Source of the DNA: Laetmonice hystrix
Taxonomy: Eukaryota
Direction of reading: 5' to 3'
Length of the DNA: 64,000 nt
Assembly: GCA_965235115.1 (NCBI GenBank)
Contig: OZ249436.1
Span: 58,838,001 to 58,902,000, forward strand
Of the stretch, positions 41,000 through 53,972 are shown one piece after another. The position numbers and the translations under genes were made by a program. Numbering within the stretch: the first letter of the stretch is position 1; every line of letters starts with the position of its first letter. The notes beneath the pieces were generated by a model. The model had not been told where the DNA came from. It made no database searches and worked only from the letters and a program-made list of their open reading frames with translations.

Positions 41000-42500
41000 A
41001 TTCCTGGTCAGTCTGATGGGGGCCGTTTTCTGATGTAGAGTCACACTGGCTTGCCAACATGAATATTTCAGTGGGGCATCAGCGTGGAGACATCAGTACT
41101 GAGGGGGCCATAGTTATATCTACTATTCATCCCTGAAACGTCGCTTATTTTGTTCATTAACATATATCTTGGCCTAGCAATAATACCAAGGTATCTGCAT
41201 CTATGAGTATTTTAAAACCTTGGCATGTTTCCAGCTTTACCAACTCATTCCTTATTCCAAGCTGTAGAATATCTGCACTGCGTTAAGCCGCCTTATCCTA
41301 TAATGCCCTCGTTATCTTTTCGCTAAGTCCGACTACTTGTTTCATTGGAAGGTGAGCAGCCTAGATCCGTCGTATGAATGGGAAATGCCTACAGGTGTTA
41401 AGTATTAATGCTCCACACGTTCTACATGGAAATGTGAGCGGTTAGCCTTGAAAGGTTCGCTAAAAGTGTCAGGCAATATAACCTTTCATCTCTTAGTTAC
41501 TGCTTTAAGGCAACATTACTTCTTCCTTTTTGTTGTACCTTAGCTCTTGATTTCAACAATGGCAATGTGTTTAGAATAACAGTAAGGCAACACGACAAGC
41601 CCACTACAGATTTATTACCTACATATTCGAATGTCTAAAACGAATGGGGGAGATGGATTTTGCGTTGCTGGACAGAAGCACCCGTTTGTAATGGACTTGG
41701 TCCAAGTGGTCAGGACACAAGAAATCGAATTATGTTAACAGATGTAGACGTGCAACGCCAGCCCAGCTTCCCAATCCCGACAACGTTAAGCTTCATTTGT
41801 CAATTACCGATTCTCCGAGTACACATACACAAGAGGTTATGTATGTTGACAGGAGGTTTTTTTACATGTCTCTCCGCTCACATTTAGACGGCAGACGTCC
41901 ATAATTAACGACTGGAATTCCTAACACTGTCATGTATGTTCCCTTTTGCCTTTTTTAAGCACACATATATGTTTAGAATGCGCCCTCTTTGGCTGCTCTT
42001 TTCATTTGATCCATACCTGATTCACAGGTCTTACTTGTTTCCTGCCACTTCGAGTCACGCATGAGGGTTTTATGAGGCGTGGCCTGTTGGGGCATCGTCT
42101 CCTCGCAAGCTTCAAAAGACTCCGTCCAAAGAACAAAATTTATTAGCCTACCCAGGTTCCTGTGGCCAGCCTCTGATAAATAAAATGTACTTAGGAGGCT
42201 CTGAACTGCTCTGCACTTACACCAGTGGCCTAATCTAATGAGTACGTAATAGGCACTTTGTCCACCGACTGGCAAATCTGGAACTGCCCGGCCAGTATCG
42301 GGCCTGCAGCACTTCCGAAGTTGGCAAGGACTTGGGGTGATGGGATGTGTCACCCATGGAGGGTTCTCCGGGAGAAAAGGCCTGGATTGGACAGCCACAA
42401 ATCTCCGCGAACGAAGTCTCAACACATTCTGTCCAGTGGGACTCAGGTAGGCGGTAATCAGTGTATGACCGAGACCGACTTTATCGGGCCTACCTGACAT
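41000..42500 (-). mobile_element. Decayed LINE (CR1/L2-like) reverse transcriptase remnant
   Basis: GSSRFASRWTKCL..RPLV (GxFPxxWKxAxVxP) near 42260, EGAF (KAFD region) near 41980 and CRYLGII (KYLGV) near 41190, in order on the minus strand. Confidence 0.45.
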
Positions 42501-42584
42501 CTATAAGCTCACCTGTCTACTCGTGGAATATTGAAACGACCGGGTTCGACTTTGCCATATCTGACTGTCGCCCCCAGTATTACA

Positions 42585-42610
42585 CCCCCCCCCCCCCCCC
42601 AAAAAAAAAA
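42585..42610. repeat. C16-A10 homopolymer junction
   Basis: 16 C (42585-42600) followed directly by 10 A (42601-42610). Confidence 0.95.
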
Positions 42611-43522
42611 GAAGCTTTGCTCCCAGCCCTGTCATTCTGTCACTACTGCTCGGTATTGGATCAGTATCGCCATTGTATGGCATCGATATCAGTTTACTAA
42701 AGTTCACTACATGAGCATATTACCACTGCCTACATGGTAATTCATTATCTACACTATTTATAATAAAAGGCTGATTTATAAAGAAAAACACTTGGTCACC
42801 ACATTTCACAACGCAAGACATCATAGCTTTCAAAGTTGCAAGTTTTCTTTAAACTTTTAACATAATGCCTGCTTGGCCGGGTCGTTTACAATTAAAAAAA
42901 AGCAACAGGTAGGCCTAACTGGCAGATACGTTGTTCTGCCCAACAAAACTTTAAGTAACAGATTTATTCTAGTTGCAGATACAAGTAAAAAATGGCGTCT
43001 GTCTCAGATGGAATCTACTTCCACATTTCAAACGTCTACATTCGTACAACAAATCATTGGACATCTGACTGTAAGTGTCAAGTGTATATAACTAGAAATT
43101 TGTTCTTGACTTTATATTCCGTACCATTAGTTATTATTGAATCTAGCATCAAATAATACCTGCTTCATGGGCTCTCTAATGTCATTGCAATCTCGGCCTA
43201 TAACAGTTGAGAGTCAGATTCATTGTGCCAGTTAATAACAGCATGGCAGTAACAGTCACTACAGTCACTGCCTCTTTCCTCCCTTTGTAATTGCATGCTA
43301 CCCTTTCATTTTCCTCGTAAAAAATACATTACAATGCCCTTTGTTCATACATCAGAACCTATGCACCCTTTTGTACCGCTGTCATTGATGGGAGTCAACC
43401 TGTTGGAATCAATGGTCCTATTTCGACCCAACAATACTGACATCCTCGGGGTATTTATTATTCTACCTACGACACTGATCGAGGGTAAGAATGTTTATCT
43501 CTGGGTTAATACCTACGTTAGT

Positions 43523-43630
43523 AACTCTCTCTCTCTCTATCTATATGTATCTCTCTCCCTCCATCTGTATCTGGCTCTCTCTCTCTCTCTCTCTCTATCT
43601 ATATGTATCTCTCTCCCTCCATCTGTATCT

Positions 43631-43680
<50 letters not shown>

Positions 43681-43710
43681 ATGTATCTCTCTCCCTCCAT
43701 CTGTATCTGG

Positions 43711-43742
<32 letters not shown>

Positions 43743-43770
43743 ATGTATCTCTCTCCCTCCATCTGTATCT

Positions 43771-43810
<40 letters not shown>

Positions 43811-43838
43811 ATGTATCTCTCTCCCTCCATCTGTATCT

Positions 43839-43888
<50 letters not shown>

Positions 43889-43916
43889 ATGTATCTCTCT
43901 CCCTCCATCTGTATCT

Positions 43917-43958
<42 letters not shown>

Positions 43959-43986
43959 ATGTATCTCTCTCCCTCCATCTGTATCT

Positions 43987-44038
<52 letters not shown>

Positions 44039-44049
44039 ATGTATCTCTC
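43523..44049. repeat. Minisatellite of a constant 36-bp core separated by variable (CT)n tracts
   Basis: Core ATCTATATGTATCTCTCTCCCTCCATCTGTATCTGG at 43539, 43597, 43675, 43737, 43805, 43883, 43953 and 44033 (last one truncated by the gap). Confidence 0.95.
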
Positions 44050-44195
44050 NNNNNNNNNNNNNNNNNNNNNNNNNNNNNNNNNNNNNNNNNNNNNNNNNNN
44101 NNNNNNNNNNNNNNNNNNNNNNNNNNNNNNNNNNNNNNNNNNNNNNNNNNNNNNNNNNNNNNNNNNNNNNNNNNNNNNNNNNNNNNNNNNNNNNN
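44050..44195. other. Assembly gap (146 N)
   Basis: A run of N directly after the CT-rich array. Confidence 1.
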
Positions 44196-44323
44196 TGCTC
44201 TCTCTTTCATAAACTCACTGCAAACTCCTTCACCATCTCTGGTTAACGGTTATTTGCCGTTGTATCTACTTTGAACCGCCTACCGACCTGTGAGAACATG
44301 CCCTCCAGTGAAAGGTATAGTTT

Positions 44324-44902
44324 ACCTATACATTACCTACGGCAGTGGATATTCTCCATATACTACTAGCTACCTATACATTACCTGCGGCAGTGGTTAT
44401 TCTCCATATACTACTAGCTACCTAAACATTACCTGCGGCAGTGGTTATTCTCCATAATACTACTAGCTACCTATACATTACCTGCGGCAGTGGTTATTCT
44501 CCATATACTACTAGCTACCTAAACATTACCTGCGGCAGTGGTTATTCTCCATAATACTACTAGCGACCTATACATTACCTGCGGCAGTGGTTATTCTCCA
44601 TATACTACTAGCTACCTAAACATTACCTGCGGCAGTGGTTATTCTCCATAATACTACTAGCTACCTATACATTACCTGTGGCAGTGGTTATTCTCCATAC
44701 ACTACTAGCTACCTATACATTACCTGCGGCAGTGGTTATTCTCCATATACTACTAGCTACCTATACATTATCTGCGGCAGTGGTTATTCTCCATATACTA
44801 CTAGCTACCTATACATTACCTGCGGCAGTGGATATTCTCCATATACTACTAGCTACCTATACATTACCTGCGGCAGTGGTTATTCTCCATATACTACTAG
44901 CT
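44324..44902. repeat. 48/49-bp minisatellite, 12 copies
   Basis: Unit ACCTATACATTACCTGCGGCAGTGGTTATTCTCCATATACTACTAGCT. Units 3, 5 and 7 are 49-bp variants. Confidence 0.97.
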
Positions 44903-45879
44903 AATTTCTAATTTTGTATCGGGACACCACACTCAGTGTTCCGAGACCTTAAATGAAATCACCTTCTTATAATGCCTCGCAACACAGTGTGTTGCCCTCT
45001 ACAAAATCTAAATATAATTTCAACTTACCAGGTAAGTCTCATCATATTTCACTATTCACGCTGACGTTATTTCAAAGGATTTTCTAGCGCAACATAATTT
45101 GTATTATAGTGAATATCAAAGTCGTCTTTTCATTTACCTTTATTTTCTCAGTATATCGAGACATAATACATGCAGAGATTCACTAAGTCAGGTCTTACAA
45201 ATTTTATGGATAGCCGCTACTTATTAGTATCTGTTGTATGGTAAAGGTGTGAGGGATTACTATAACATCATGAATCGTTAATCCCTCACTTGTTACACCT
45301 GTCTACGTGACGGCTTGGGTATGAAATCGTCTTGACACACACACAAATCAACACGGCCCAATGCCGCTGTGTACCGGCATGCTACCAATGAATATATCAT
45401 ATCATGTCACCGTTAATATAATGCACCGATCACAAACACCGTCATAGATTTCCATCGGGTGTGCAGCAGAGCGTGATATTGTTACATCAGCCACTGGTAT
45501 TGTACATGTGTGTCGGCATGCTGTGTGCAGCCGTGCATGTCCAGGTTGAAATAACGCCAGTGATTAAGGATCTCCACCCTCTCTGTAAGGACACTTTACA
45601 AGCATCATTCAAGGTGTGCGTATGAATCCACGCACAGCCCACAACACTACCACACCGAGCCAGGGCGCCCGGCAAGTCTGCGCTGAGGGCATTATGACTA
45701 CCCATAATCAGGGTGATTGCGACCGAAGCCATTGTGGTGCTGTCAAGGATAATCACAAATCACCATCAATCTGACAGTGATAATCCCACAACGCTGGTCT
45801 GCATGCTGCACCATACATAGAAACTGATGGTCGTGACAGACGGGGCTGAGAATATTGCTGGCACCGTTAGCCCCTGATT

Positions 45880-46250
45880 GGAATGAGGGCAGTTGACGCC
45901 ATTCTACCCCCAGATTATACCTCTGTATAGGTTTGCTTCACCTTCACCCAGTCCCGACCCCCTTGTGCTCGTCTGTCACATCCAAAGGAGCCCATAAAAT
46001 AGCAGCACAAGATGATCTGTATGGGATCAATATTACCTGCGCAAAACACAACCAGCGTGGTGCGCATAACCTGGGCAACACATGATAGTGGGGCAACTGG
46101 CTTGCCATAATGACAGTGGCAATGGGAGTAATGTGCAAAGACAAATTAATCCCTCCGAAGTGGCTTACTCTATACTGTTTTGCGGCTAAGGCCGAGAAGA
46201 TAATCCGCCAAAGGCTAAGCAAAGGGCTGATAGCGACAGAATTATAACAG
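45880..46250 (+). mobile_element. Possible decayed LINE endonuclease remnant
   Basis: IIPLYRFASP (YRSP) followed by ICMGSILP..ITW (IIxGDFNxPxIxW). Weak. Confidence 0.25.
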
Positions 46251-46321
46251 TTTTCCCCCAGGTCCTTTTCTTTGGACTACAACTTGTTTAAGGATTCCAA
46301 GATCGAACAAATCGCGCTGCC

Positions 46322-46346
46322 GGGGGGGGGGGGGGGGGGGGGGGGG
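46322..46346. repeat. Poly-G tract (G25)
   Basis: 25 consecutive G. Shorter G/C runs occur near 49730 and 59861. Confidence 0.95.
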
Positions 46347-48143
46347 TATGGTACGGACTTTCATCTGGAAGCTTATTTAAATAGATATAAATTAAAAATA
46401 ATTCCCGAACATCAATCAAATAAATATTCGCTCTTATCACATTTCCCATTTCCAGATAAACCGTTCCATAGAGGAGAGGTCTATTCTCCTAGTCAGTAGT
46501 AAGTCATATAATCTAAGACCGGTGTAGGAATACTCAAACATAAGCAGATGGTATACAACATAATACACAGGTGTGTCACAGGTATGAGAAGGTAATATTC
46601 TGCACCCTTTCCTTCCCATACGACACCAACCCTGCCAAATCAATACAATAAACACCATAGAAAACGCTCCTTTCCTGCATTTCATTGCCAACCTTCAACG
46701 TATTATTTGGCTAAATCCAGCAAGGGTTACACAGAGACGGTATCCATCAATTACCTGTTTCTCTGACTTGACCTCGTACGTACTGTTGTCCATTCACGAT
46801 TCATTCCGGTTTTCTAGTTCATCATTGCGATCTAGTTTTCTGCATTGCATGCTACATAAAATTTTTCTACACCAGTCTGTAAATTCATTTTATTTCTGAT
46901 TGATTGTTGCGTCCTGAAATGTCTTATAGATGACAAGCCATCAATGTGCCCGGTTGCCTACAATCACGTAACGGTTTCAACTGCAATAATTTACCCTTTC
47001 TCCAGCAGTATCAAAAATTTCGTTACAGTGGCAAGAACAAAAAGGGTTGTCACATGAACGAATGAGTTTATTTTGTTCGCGAACCCATCGAAATGATATT
47101 GAATTATTGAACTTGTACATGAGATGGAGAAAAACGATACTTATTAAGGGATCTAGAAAATATGAATGTTCTCTCATCATTCAATCGGGCCATAAAAAGG
47201 GGCCAGTATCGGAATATATAATTCAGCAACCGACGCCGTTCTCTGGGCTTGGTAAATGCGAAGGCAGTGTTGAAATCCCAGCAATGAACCACTCACACCA
47301 ACAAACCAGCGACTAGCTAGGTACAGGATCCTCGGCCACCACACCTGAACCATTGCAGGTGCAGCTTTCGACCAAAGACAACGACTTTTTCTTTGATGTC
47401 ATTGGCTTCAGTTCACATGTACCAACGGGACCTCTCAGACCTAACTGAGATCATAAAGAGTGTATATCAAGTGCTGCATGTGTTTGATAAATGACTTTGA
47501 GCCACACATGACTAAATATATCTAGCCACCTACTTTATAACTTGATATGGGGCACGTTGTCTCATCACGGTCTTTGTTCAGCAGAAACTTTTGTATAGAA
47601 CCCATCACTACTTCCCCGTATGCAAAGGTGTAATCTTTTGGATTAGTCTTGTTATTCAGGCCGAGGAACCACTTGCCCCATTTTACAATAATTATTTTGA
47701 AGATTTGTTGAAAAGGCCATGCCTAATAATGTATAAAACGTAACCATAAACGAAACAAAGATTGTAGAAGTGCCCTTTTGAATGCACCCTTCTAAAAAAT
47801 GCAACATGTGCAACATAGAAACGAGGGAGTATAAGTATGACTGTCACGGCAAATTGCAGCCGTGGGGAATAACAATATTCATCTTTTAACATATACCTCG
47901 TTATATACCGGTACTCTGACCTAACCAATGTGACAATGCCACTGGTAAAAAAAAATCTCCATTTTAACATTCAGCTGCTTCAGCGTGATTGGAATATTCT
48001 TTCCAGAATAAGTAATATGTAAATAAGTAATATGTTACTATTCAAATATGCAGGCCTTATAAGCATTATGTTTCTGGCAGACATGTTAGATTTTAAAAAC
48101 CCTGCCCGAAGCTAGTTATTATTACGATGGCGCTTTCCATATA

Positions 48144-48366
48144 AAGGGTGACCCAGCAAAATTCAGGATGAAATATTTCCTGACTTAATACATAATAAAT
48201 TTTGGGTAGCAAAAGGAGTACTAATGTCGTAAACGAACGCTCCGATGTGGTAAATGGGTACAAACATATGCACCTGTGTGGAGAAAAGGGTTGAAATTAA
48301 TTATTATGAATAGTAGTTAGAAGTACTATGTAAACTCCCATCCTGAATTTTGCTGGGGCAACCCTT
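48144..48366. mobile_element. Tc1/mariner-type MITE, 223 bp, with TIRs and TA target-site duplication
   Basis: Left TIR AAGGGTGACCCAGCAAAATTCAGGATG (48144-48170). The right TIR (48339-48366) reverse-complements to AAGGGTTGCCCCAGCAAAATTCAGGATG. TA flanks both sides (48142-43, 48367-68). The interior is AT-rich and non-coding. Confidence 0.88.
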
Positions 48367-49030
48367 TAGTTAACACCAATTTACGCCTTTCCACTATTCA
48401 ACTCATGTATTTAATATTTGAGTTGTCGTCACACAAATCTCTTGTCATGTTTATTCTTGTCTTTGTTATGTCGTAGAGGTTGCTCTCAAGTACTGCACCT
48501 GTAGATTATGTGAACATATCTTGTACCTGGGACGTAATAAATATGATCATATTTACACTCCATAATTTATAATGAAATGTTTAATGGAAGTATTATCTAT
48601 CAGGTTGTATGTAGTTGTTGCCTTAAGGCAAACTGACATCTTATTCTGCCCCGCTATGTAAGCTCATTCCATGTTACAGATTTAGGGCCCACATTGTCAG
48701 AAATGTTCAGCACTTCATTTATCTGCCATCTGCAACATTATTCCTCCTGGGCTTTTTCTTCTCTCGTCCTTTAGTCGTGAGGATATCCGTTTGGTAATTG
48801 TGAAGATAAGTCGACTTCGTCATTTTCGAAGAACCTCTACCCGAAAACAAATGGACCAATTTAACCAGCTGGTACTCCTCTTCATATCAGAACAACAAAC
48901 TCTGAAAGAAGGGGCATGAACGTTTTTCAAGGAAGATTAGTGCCTATCCTTGAATGTGCTTAAATCTGTTTTTAAGGCAAAATGCTGTGTGCAACATTCT
49001 TGTCCACCTAAGCCAGTCAAGATTGCCGTT

Positions 49031-49446
49031 ATGTTACCACCTAGTACCAGGGGCGGGACGAGGTGATATCAGAACCCCTGTCATGTTACCACCTAGTACC
49101 AGGGGCGGGACGAGGTGATATCAGAACCCCTGTCATGTTACCACCTAGTACCAGGGGCGGGACATGGTGATATCAGAACCCATGTCATGTAACCACCTAG
49201 TACCTGGGGCGGGACGAGGTGATATCAGAACCCCTGTCATATAACCACCTAGTACCAGGGGCAGGACGAGGTGATATCAGAACCCCTGTCATGTAACCAC
49301 CTAGTACCTGGGGCGGGACGAGGTGATATCAGAACCCCTGTCATGTTACCACCTAGTACCAGGGGCGGGACAAGGTGATATCAGAACCCCTGTCATGTAA
49401 CCACCTAGTACCAAGGGCGGGACAACATGATATCAGAACCCCTGTC
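49031..49446. repeat. 52-bp minisatellite, 8 copies
   Basis: Unit ATGTTACCACCTAGTACCAGGGGCGGGACGAGGTGATATCAGAACCCCTGTC at 49031, 49083 ... 49395. Confidence 0.97.
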
Positions 49447-49449
49447 ACC

Positions 49450-51000
49450 CAGTTGGTCAGCTCGGAGCGAATCGAACGTTTGCATGTCTGATCTCCGTCT
49501 GTGCAGCCAACACCCTGCGAGGAGCTCTGTATATGAATATGTCGGCATATTCCATTATTTACCATTTAGGACAATCTCAGATTTCGTTGTGGCTGCCAGC
49601 ATCCTCTCTTGAATGTCAAACTATGCCTCGAGGGATTTCTGCTGAAAGGGTAAATGTTACTCTCAAAGCCAGACATATAAACGTCCGTCCGAGTAATACT
49701 TCACAGACTATTTCTATAAGATCCAGACATGGGGGGGGGGATCAGATAGAAACCTCCACCCCACCTCACCACCCCACCCCCACAGGACCCTCTATCTCAG
49801 ACTGAGCTTATTGCAGTGTTAGTCATCAGTCAACTGAAGTTCTCTTACATTCTCCGAGTCTGAACGAGTTATGGAGGGGAAAGGCTTGACATGGTGTGAT
49901 GCCATGTTCACATCCAGTAAACATCCCTCTGAAACTTTCATTTTCATCTCTTCCCTCCTTATCCCTCCTAACGGAGTGAGGGTTTAAGCAGACACCTAAA
50001 GTCCTCTAAGGCGGGGTAGCGACCTTAGGTGATGTTTTTTTCAGACGAAATTACGCACACATTCTGAGAAGATACAGAATATACAGAATAACATTACGGT
50101 AATGATTCGAGGACACGAAATCGAAGGAAATCCTCTACCAAGAAAAACTCCAGACATTTACTCTTCATAATTTAATCTGGATGGGCGTTGCAGCATATTA
50201 ATAGATAGAGTCGATGCACAGACTGTTTAATGAACATTATGAGTACCAACGTTAATGGTCACACTGCTTACTGTAATGCTAGTATATAAACTATTTATAT
50301 ACTAGTTGCAATGTTACCGTCAATAATCACATAAAAATCTAGATCTATATCGAACCTAGATCTAGAACGTTACCAAAGTGTGTTACATGCCTACTCAACC
50401 AAATATTTGTCATAATATAGTTAATAACTAAACGAAGGCATGTTTCATCAATATTTTCAACAGGCATTACGCTCAAAATGTTGAGAGTGAGGAAGGATGT
50501 CTTCTGTTGAGGACGGCTCCTCCCGGACCATTGCCACTCGAGCAGCAAGCCATCAGTCCATGCCGGGATTTACCGGCCCGGGTCTGGTGCTTGCTAAGCC
50601 ACCGATTGCTTGCCAGAGCATCGGAGGCTGCAGTGTGCGTGTCATTACCAGCAGATCAGGGGGTGGGGGGCTCCCTGGCCACGCCGGTGGCTTCCACTCC
50701 TGAATCACCCTCACTGGTCTTTCATGTCCCCATCAAAAGGCACGATGTCCCCGAGCCATGGTTCAGCATCGCGCCCCACCTTGCCAAGAATGCCAGGGCG
50801 GCTTCTCTGGCCTCTGGCTCCACGGCAGGCATAGCACCTTGGCAGAACGGTGTACGGCTGAAATACTCTGGCATCAGACCTGCCCGTATGGAGCAACACT
50901 ATACCTTTAGAGCCCTGGCATCCATTACGCCCATCAGTCCCCTGCCTAATAATATACCTAATCATTTCAAATGTGATCCTCCTCCAGCATGCTATACTAC
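49450..51000 (-). mobile_element. Decayed LINE 5' part (ORF1 zinc-knuckle remnant and endonuclease start)
   Basis: RVFQPYTVLPRCYAC (ORF 50711-50965; resembles ORF1 VxPYxPxPxRCxxC). Downstream on the same strand and in a single frame: DLIEIVCEVLL, IPRGIV and IFIYRAP (resembling DIIxLxETWL, RGGGV, YRPP) at about 49730-49520. Confidence 0.5.
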
Positions 51001-51451
51001 GACAACACAGTAATACTGTCCAGGACGGTACCGAAAGGCCAAGTACCGTGTCAGGTTATCGATATATTATCTACGGTCACCGGTCCATTGTGTTAGTTAT
51101 TTAGTAATGGCATCAACCATCGGCAGAGGGGATTACTTTAATAAACAGTGCTTTTATTAACTTACAATACGCCGTATAACGGAAATACTATATTCTTAAA
51201 CATGTCTCCGTTGTCTCTGCATATTTGATTGAAACAATAATGGACAAACAATGGAGAATCAGATCTGATGCAATGAAAGAGTTGCCCAGTGGGCAGCCAG
51301 GATCGAGACACTGAAGTCAGGCCGCCTTCAGAAATAAGGTTACAGTGGCAATCTTGTGGGAGAAAACATTTTTGATGATCACACTATCACCAAAAGTTAA
51401 TAAGAAGAGTATACTCTTGGTGTACCTATACCATGCTGCCAGGTACAGGTA

Positions 51452-52100
51452 GTGGTCAATTTATGTCTACTTCAGATGGTTTATATACAACATTCCGTCC
51501 ACATACCATGTGTAATCTTAGTGCATCTTTTCTCTCTTTATTTTTCCTCTTTTCCCCGAACCTGGTACAAAGGCATCAGATGTGATACAAAGGCATCAGA
51601 TATGACCATGATCTGTTCTATATTGAAACTCTTTGTCGCAAAGGTCGGGAAACACGTGTTGCCATCTGACTGGTTGCACGGCGTCAACCATCACCGGACT
51701 CAGATATCTTGGTGGAGTTTACACAGAGCTGAAATACGTCACTGCCACTGTTGTCTCTTGTTGTCCGACAAATGTCATCCCAACTGGCGACACCCGACCC
51801 TTGCAAACACTAAATGGATTCCTTGGTTGGAGTTACTCTCCAGCAAAACACACACGTGTCAGCGCGGTCAGGTCCTTGCGACCTGTCTCAAACCTTTTGT
51901 TAGGTCTCAGGTAGGCAGAGATGTAGTTTTTCTTTTATGTTCCTCAGGTGAAGGTAACCTGAGCTAATGACCACAAGGAGCCGTCCCATCTTATTGGCAA
52001 TAATACCAAACCTTGGCATAATGGCTCCAAGCCAGGCCAGCTGTCCCCCGGCACTGTTCTCCGGTATCCAGCGGCCAATGTCTGACCATCAAACGACCTC
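51452..52100 (+). mobile_element. Decayed LINE (CR1/L2-like) reverse transcriptase remnant
   Basis: LKLFVAKVGKHVLPSDWLHGV (LxxLFNxSLxxGxLPxDWKxAxV), NGFLGWS (QxGFRxGRS), VVFL, NLGI in order. Confidence 0.45.
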
Positions 52101-53765
52101 TCATCACATTTCTCCTTTCACTGCCATTAACATCTCCAACCCAACAACGTGAAGAAAATCATTGTCCTTTACGGTTGTAGTGCCTGTTATCTCAGCTATG
52201 ACAAAATGATAAATAGACTGGAAGCCATTATAGAAATATTGTAAAAATTAAAAAATAATAATGTTAATGTGGCACTCTGGGATGTAAGACGTGTTATTGG
52301 TACGTTATGGCTCCGAGATGTACTGAACAAACAAAATACCTGTCAATACAATCTAAGCCAGACCAACGTCTCTCAAACATAATTAATTGTCAATATGGTC
52401 CCAATCTAAATCCCCTTTAAGGATGCCCAGATTTTTCTCCCAACCCCTTTTATTCAAATGATTTATTGCTCTAATTCTATCTGAGCAATGCATTAATAGC
52501 TTCAGACTGCACATCTTAGGGGAATAAGACTGTGCCTATTCAAAAGAGGGATCCTGAATCACGACTGCTGTTCTGCAAGAGATCCGCACCGAGTGTGATT
52601 GCACCGGGGGAATGACTTACAGTGTGGATTAAATCCATGCAAGTCATGCAATAATAATCAATGTAATCCTTCTTTGCCTTGCATAGTGGTACATATCGAG
52701 ACGCGAACTACTACAGTTTAAAGCCGTACCTAAACTTGGCCACATAGAGGGTGGGTATTCACGTGTCTACAACACCGTAATAGTCCAAGGTTTGCATCAA
52801 TTGAGTTCCCCGGTGCCCAGTTTTGTTTTCACTTGTAACGCTGCGCAAACACTTGTCACAAATGAGTACTCTTCCAGGGAGTCAGCATGTCAAAACCGTT
52901 ACCCTTATCTGACACATTATCAAATTTGCTGACAAACAATTTTTACAAATTAATTACTTTAATTTCAAGAAATTGAATTAAACATGGAATCAGGAAGAGA
53001 TTTGTGAAAGGCCAGCTTGCTTCTTGGCGACTAGTGGAGTCGGCCATGCCTCTAATCACACAAGAAGTACCACGTACGCGTTTCTACATGGTTCGCATGG
53101 TTCTACGGTTATTATTCCCGTGGAAAATCACCATTAGCCATCAAGTATTAGGAATTCGCGATTAATCAGGAAAACAATAAATTCGCCTTTTTGGAGGGTT
53201 CTTTTCTTGTAAGGTGCCTCTTTGCATGGAGCTGCACCGTTTCATTGCCCCATTAATTTACTTCTTCGTTTCCGAATCACGATATCTGTACTGCTGTCTC
53301 CGTAAGGCTTGTCTGCTTGGCATTCTTCCCAGGTGAACTTTATCAGTGACCTAAAGCATTGTAAGAGAATTGTCAGTGTGATTTATCTGTCGAGGTAGCA
53401 CCCTACATCTGCAGCATAGCTTGGGGAGGCACACACGTTTGCTATTCACTCCAGGTACACAGTGTTTGCTCCGGGAGGCAATATGAATGGCAATGGCTTT
53501 TGCAACTGACAGAATGGCTCATGCACTGAATTCTGTGAACAGCAGGTGCATTTTCGTGTTTTGGCAATTCCCTTGCCATTTGAGATAATTGTAGGGGAAA
53601 GCGGGGCGACTGTGGAGTAATGTTGGAAACTAATGGAATTAAGAGCTCATCAGACATGGGTGCCACCACTGACCTAGGTCTACCGCCTTCACATCACTGC
53701 CGTGTGGCTTCCACCACTGTCACCAACAAATTGAGTCAGAGTCTCCTAAAATGAACTTCAGATTG

Positions 53766-53972
53766 CTACTTTATACATTTATACCATGATACATCTTTCT
53801 TAAAGCAATTGCGGACGCCGAGGACGGTGTTCATGATCATTCGCCGATAACGGTGATGGTCTGGGGAGCAGGGAGGGGTAAGAGAAACCTTATCTATAAT
53901 CAGAAGGCAATGTACCGGGATCCAGATACCCAGGAACTGCCATTGTCTGGGGAGGCGATCCTTTCCCAGCAA
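53766..53972 (-). mobile_element. Possible decayed LINE RT C-terminal fragment
   Basis: WQFLGIWI (resembles KFLGVxID). Single motif only. Confidence 0.3.

Noticed and set aside
41973-42500. 175-aa ORF (and the 168-aa ORF at 50507-51013) as host genes
   Set aside because: Better explained as off-frame or antisense readings of decayed LINE sequence.
42979-43070. Plus-strand exon-like segment (ttgcag ... gtaagt) containing AAAAATGGCG
   Set aside because: The 26-aa product resembles nothing I recognise and no partner exon was found; such splice-like pairs occur by chance.
43389-43478. WSYFD...SSGYLLFYLR resembling the C-terminal box of USP deubiquitinases
   Set aside because: Bounded by stops, no usable acceptor, and the upstream His-box (GHY) is absent.
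43295-44274. Long ORFs of 223-305 aa in the ORF track
   Set aside because: Artefacts of stop-free (CT)n repeats and the N gap.
49993-50031. 10/11-bp hairpin followed by a T-run (terminator-like or Helitron-end-like)
   Set aside because: Intrinsic terminators are irrelevant in this context and there is no CTRR end at the expected distance; a single hairpin is within chance.
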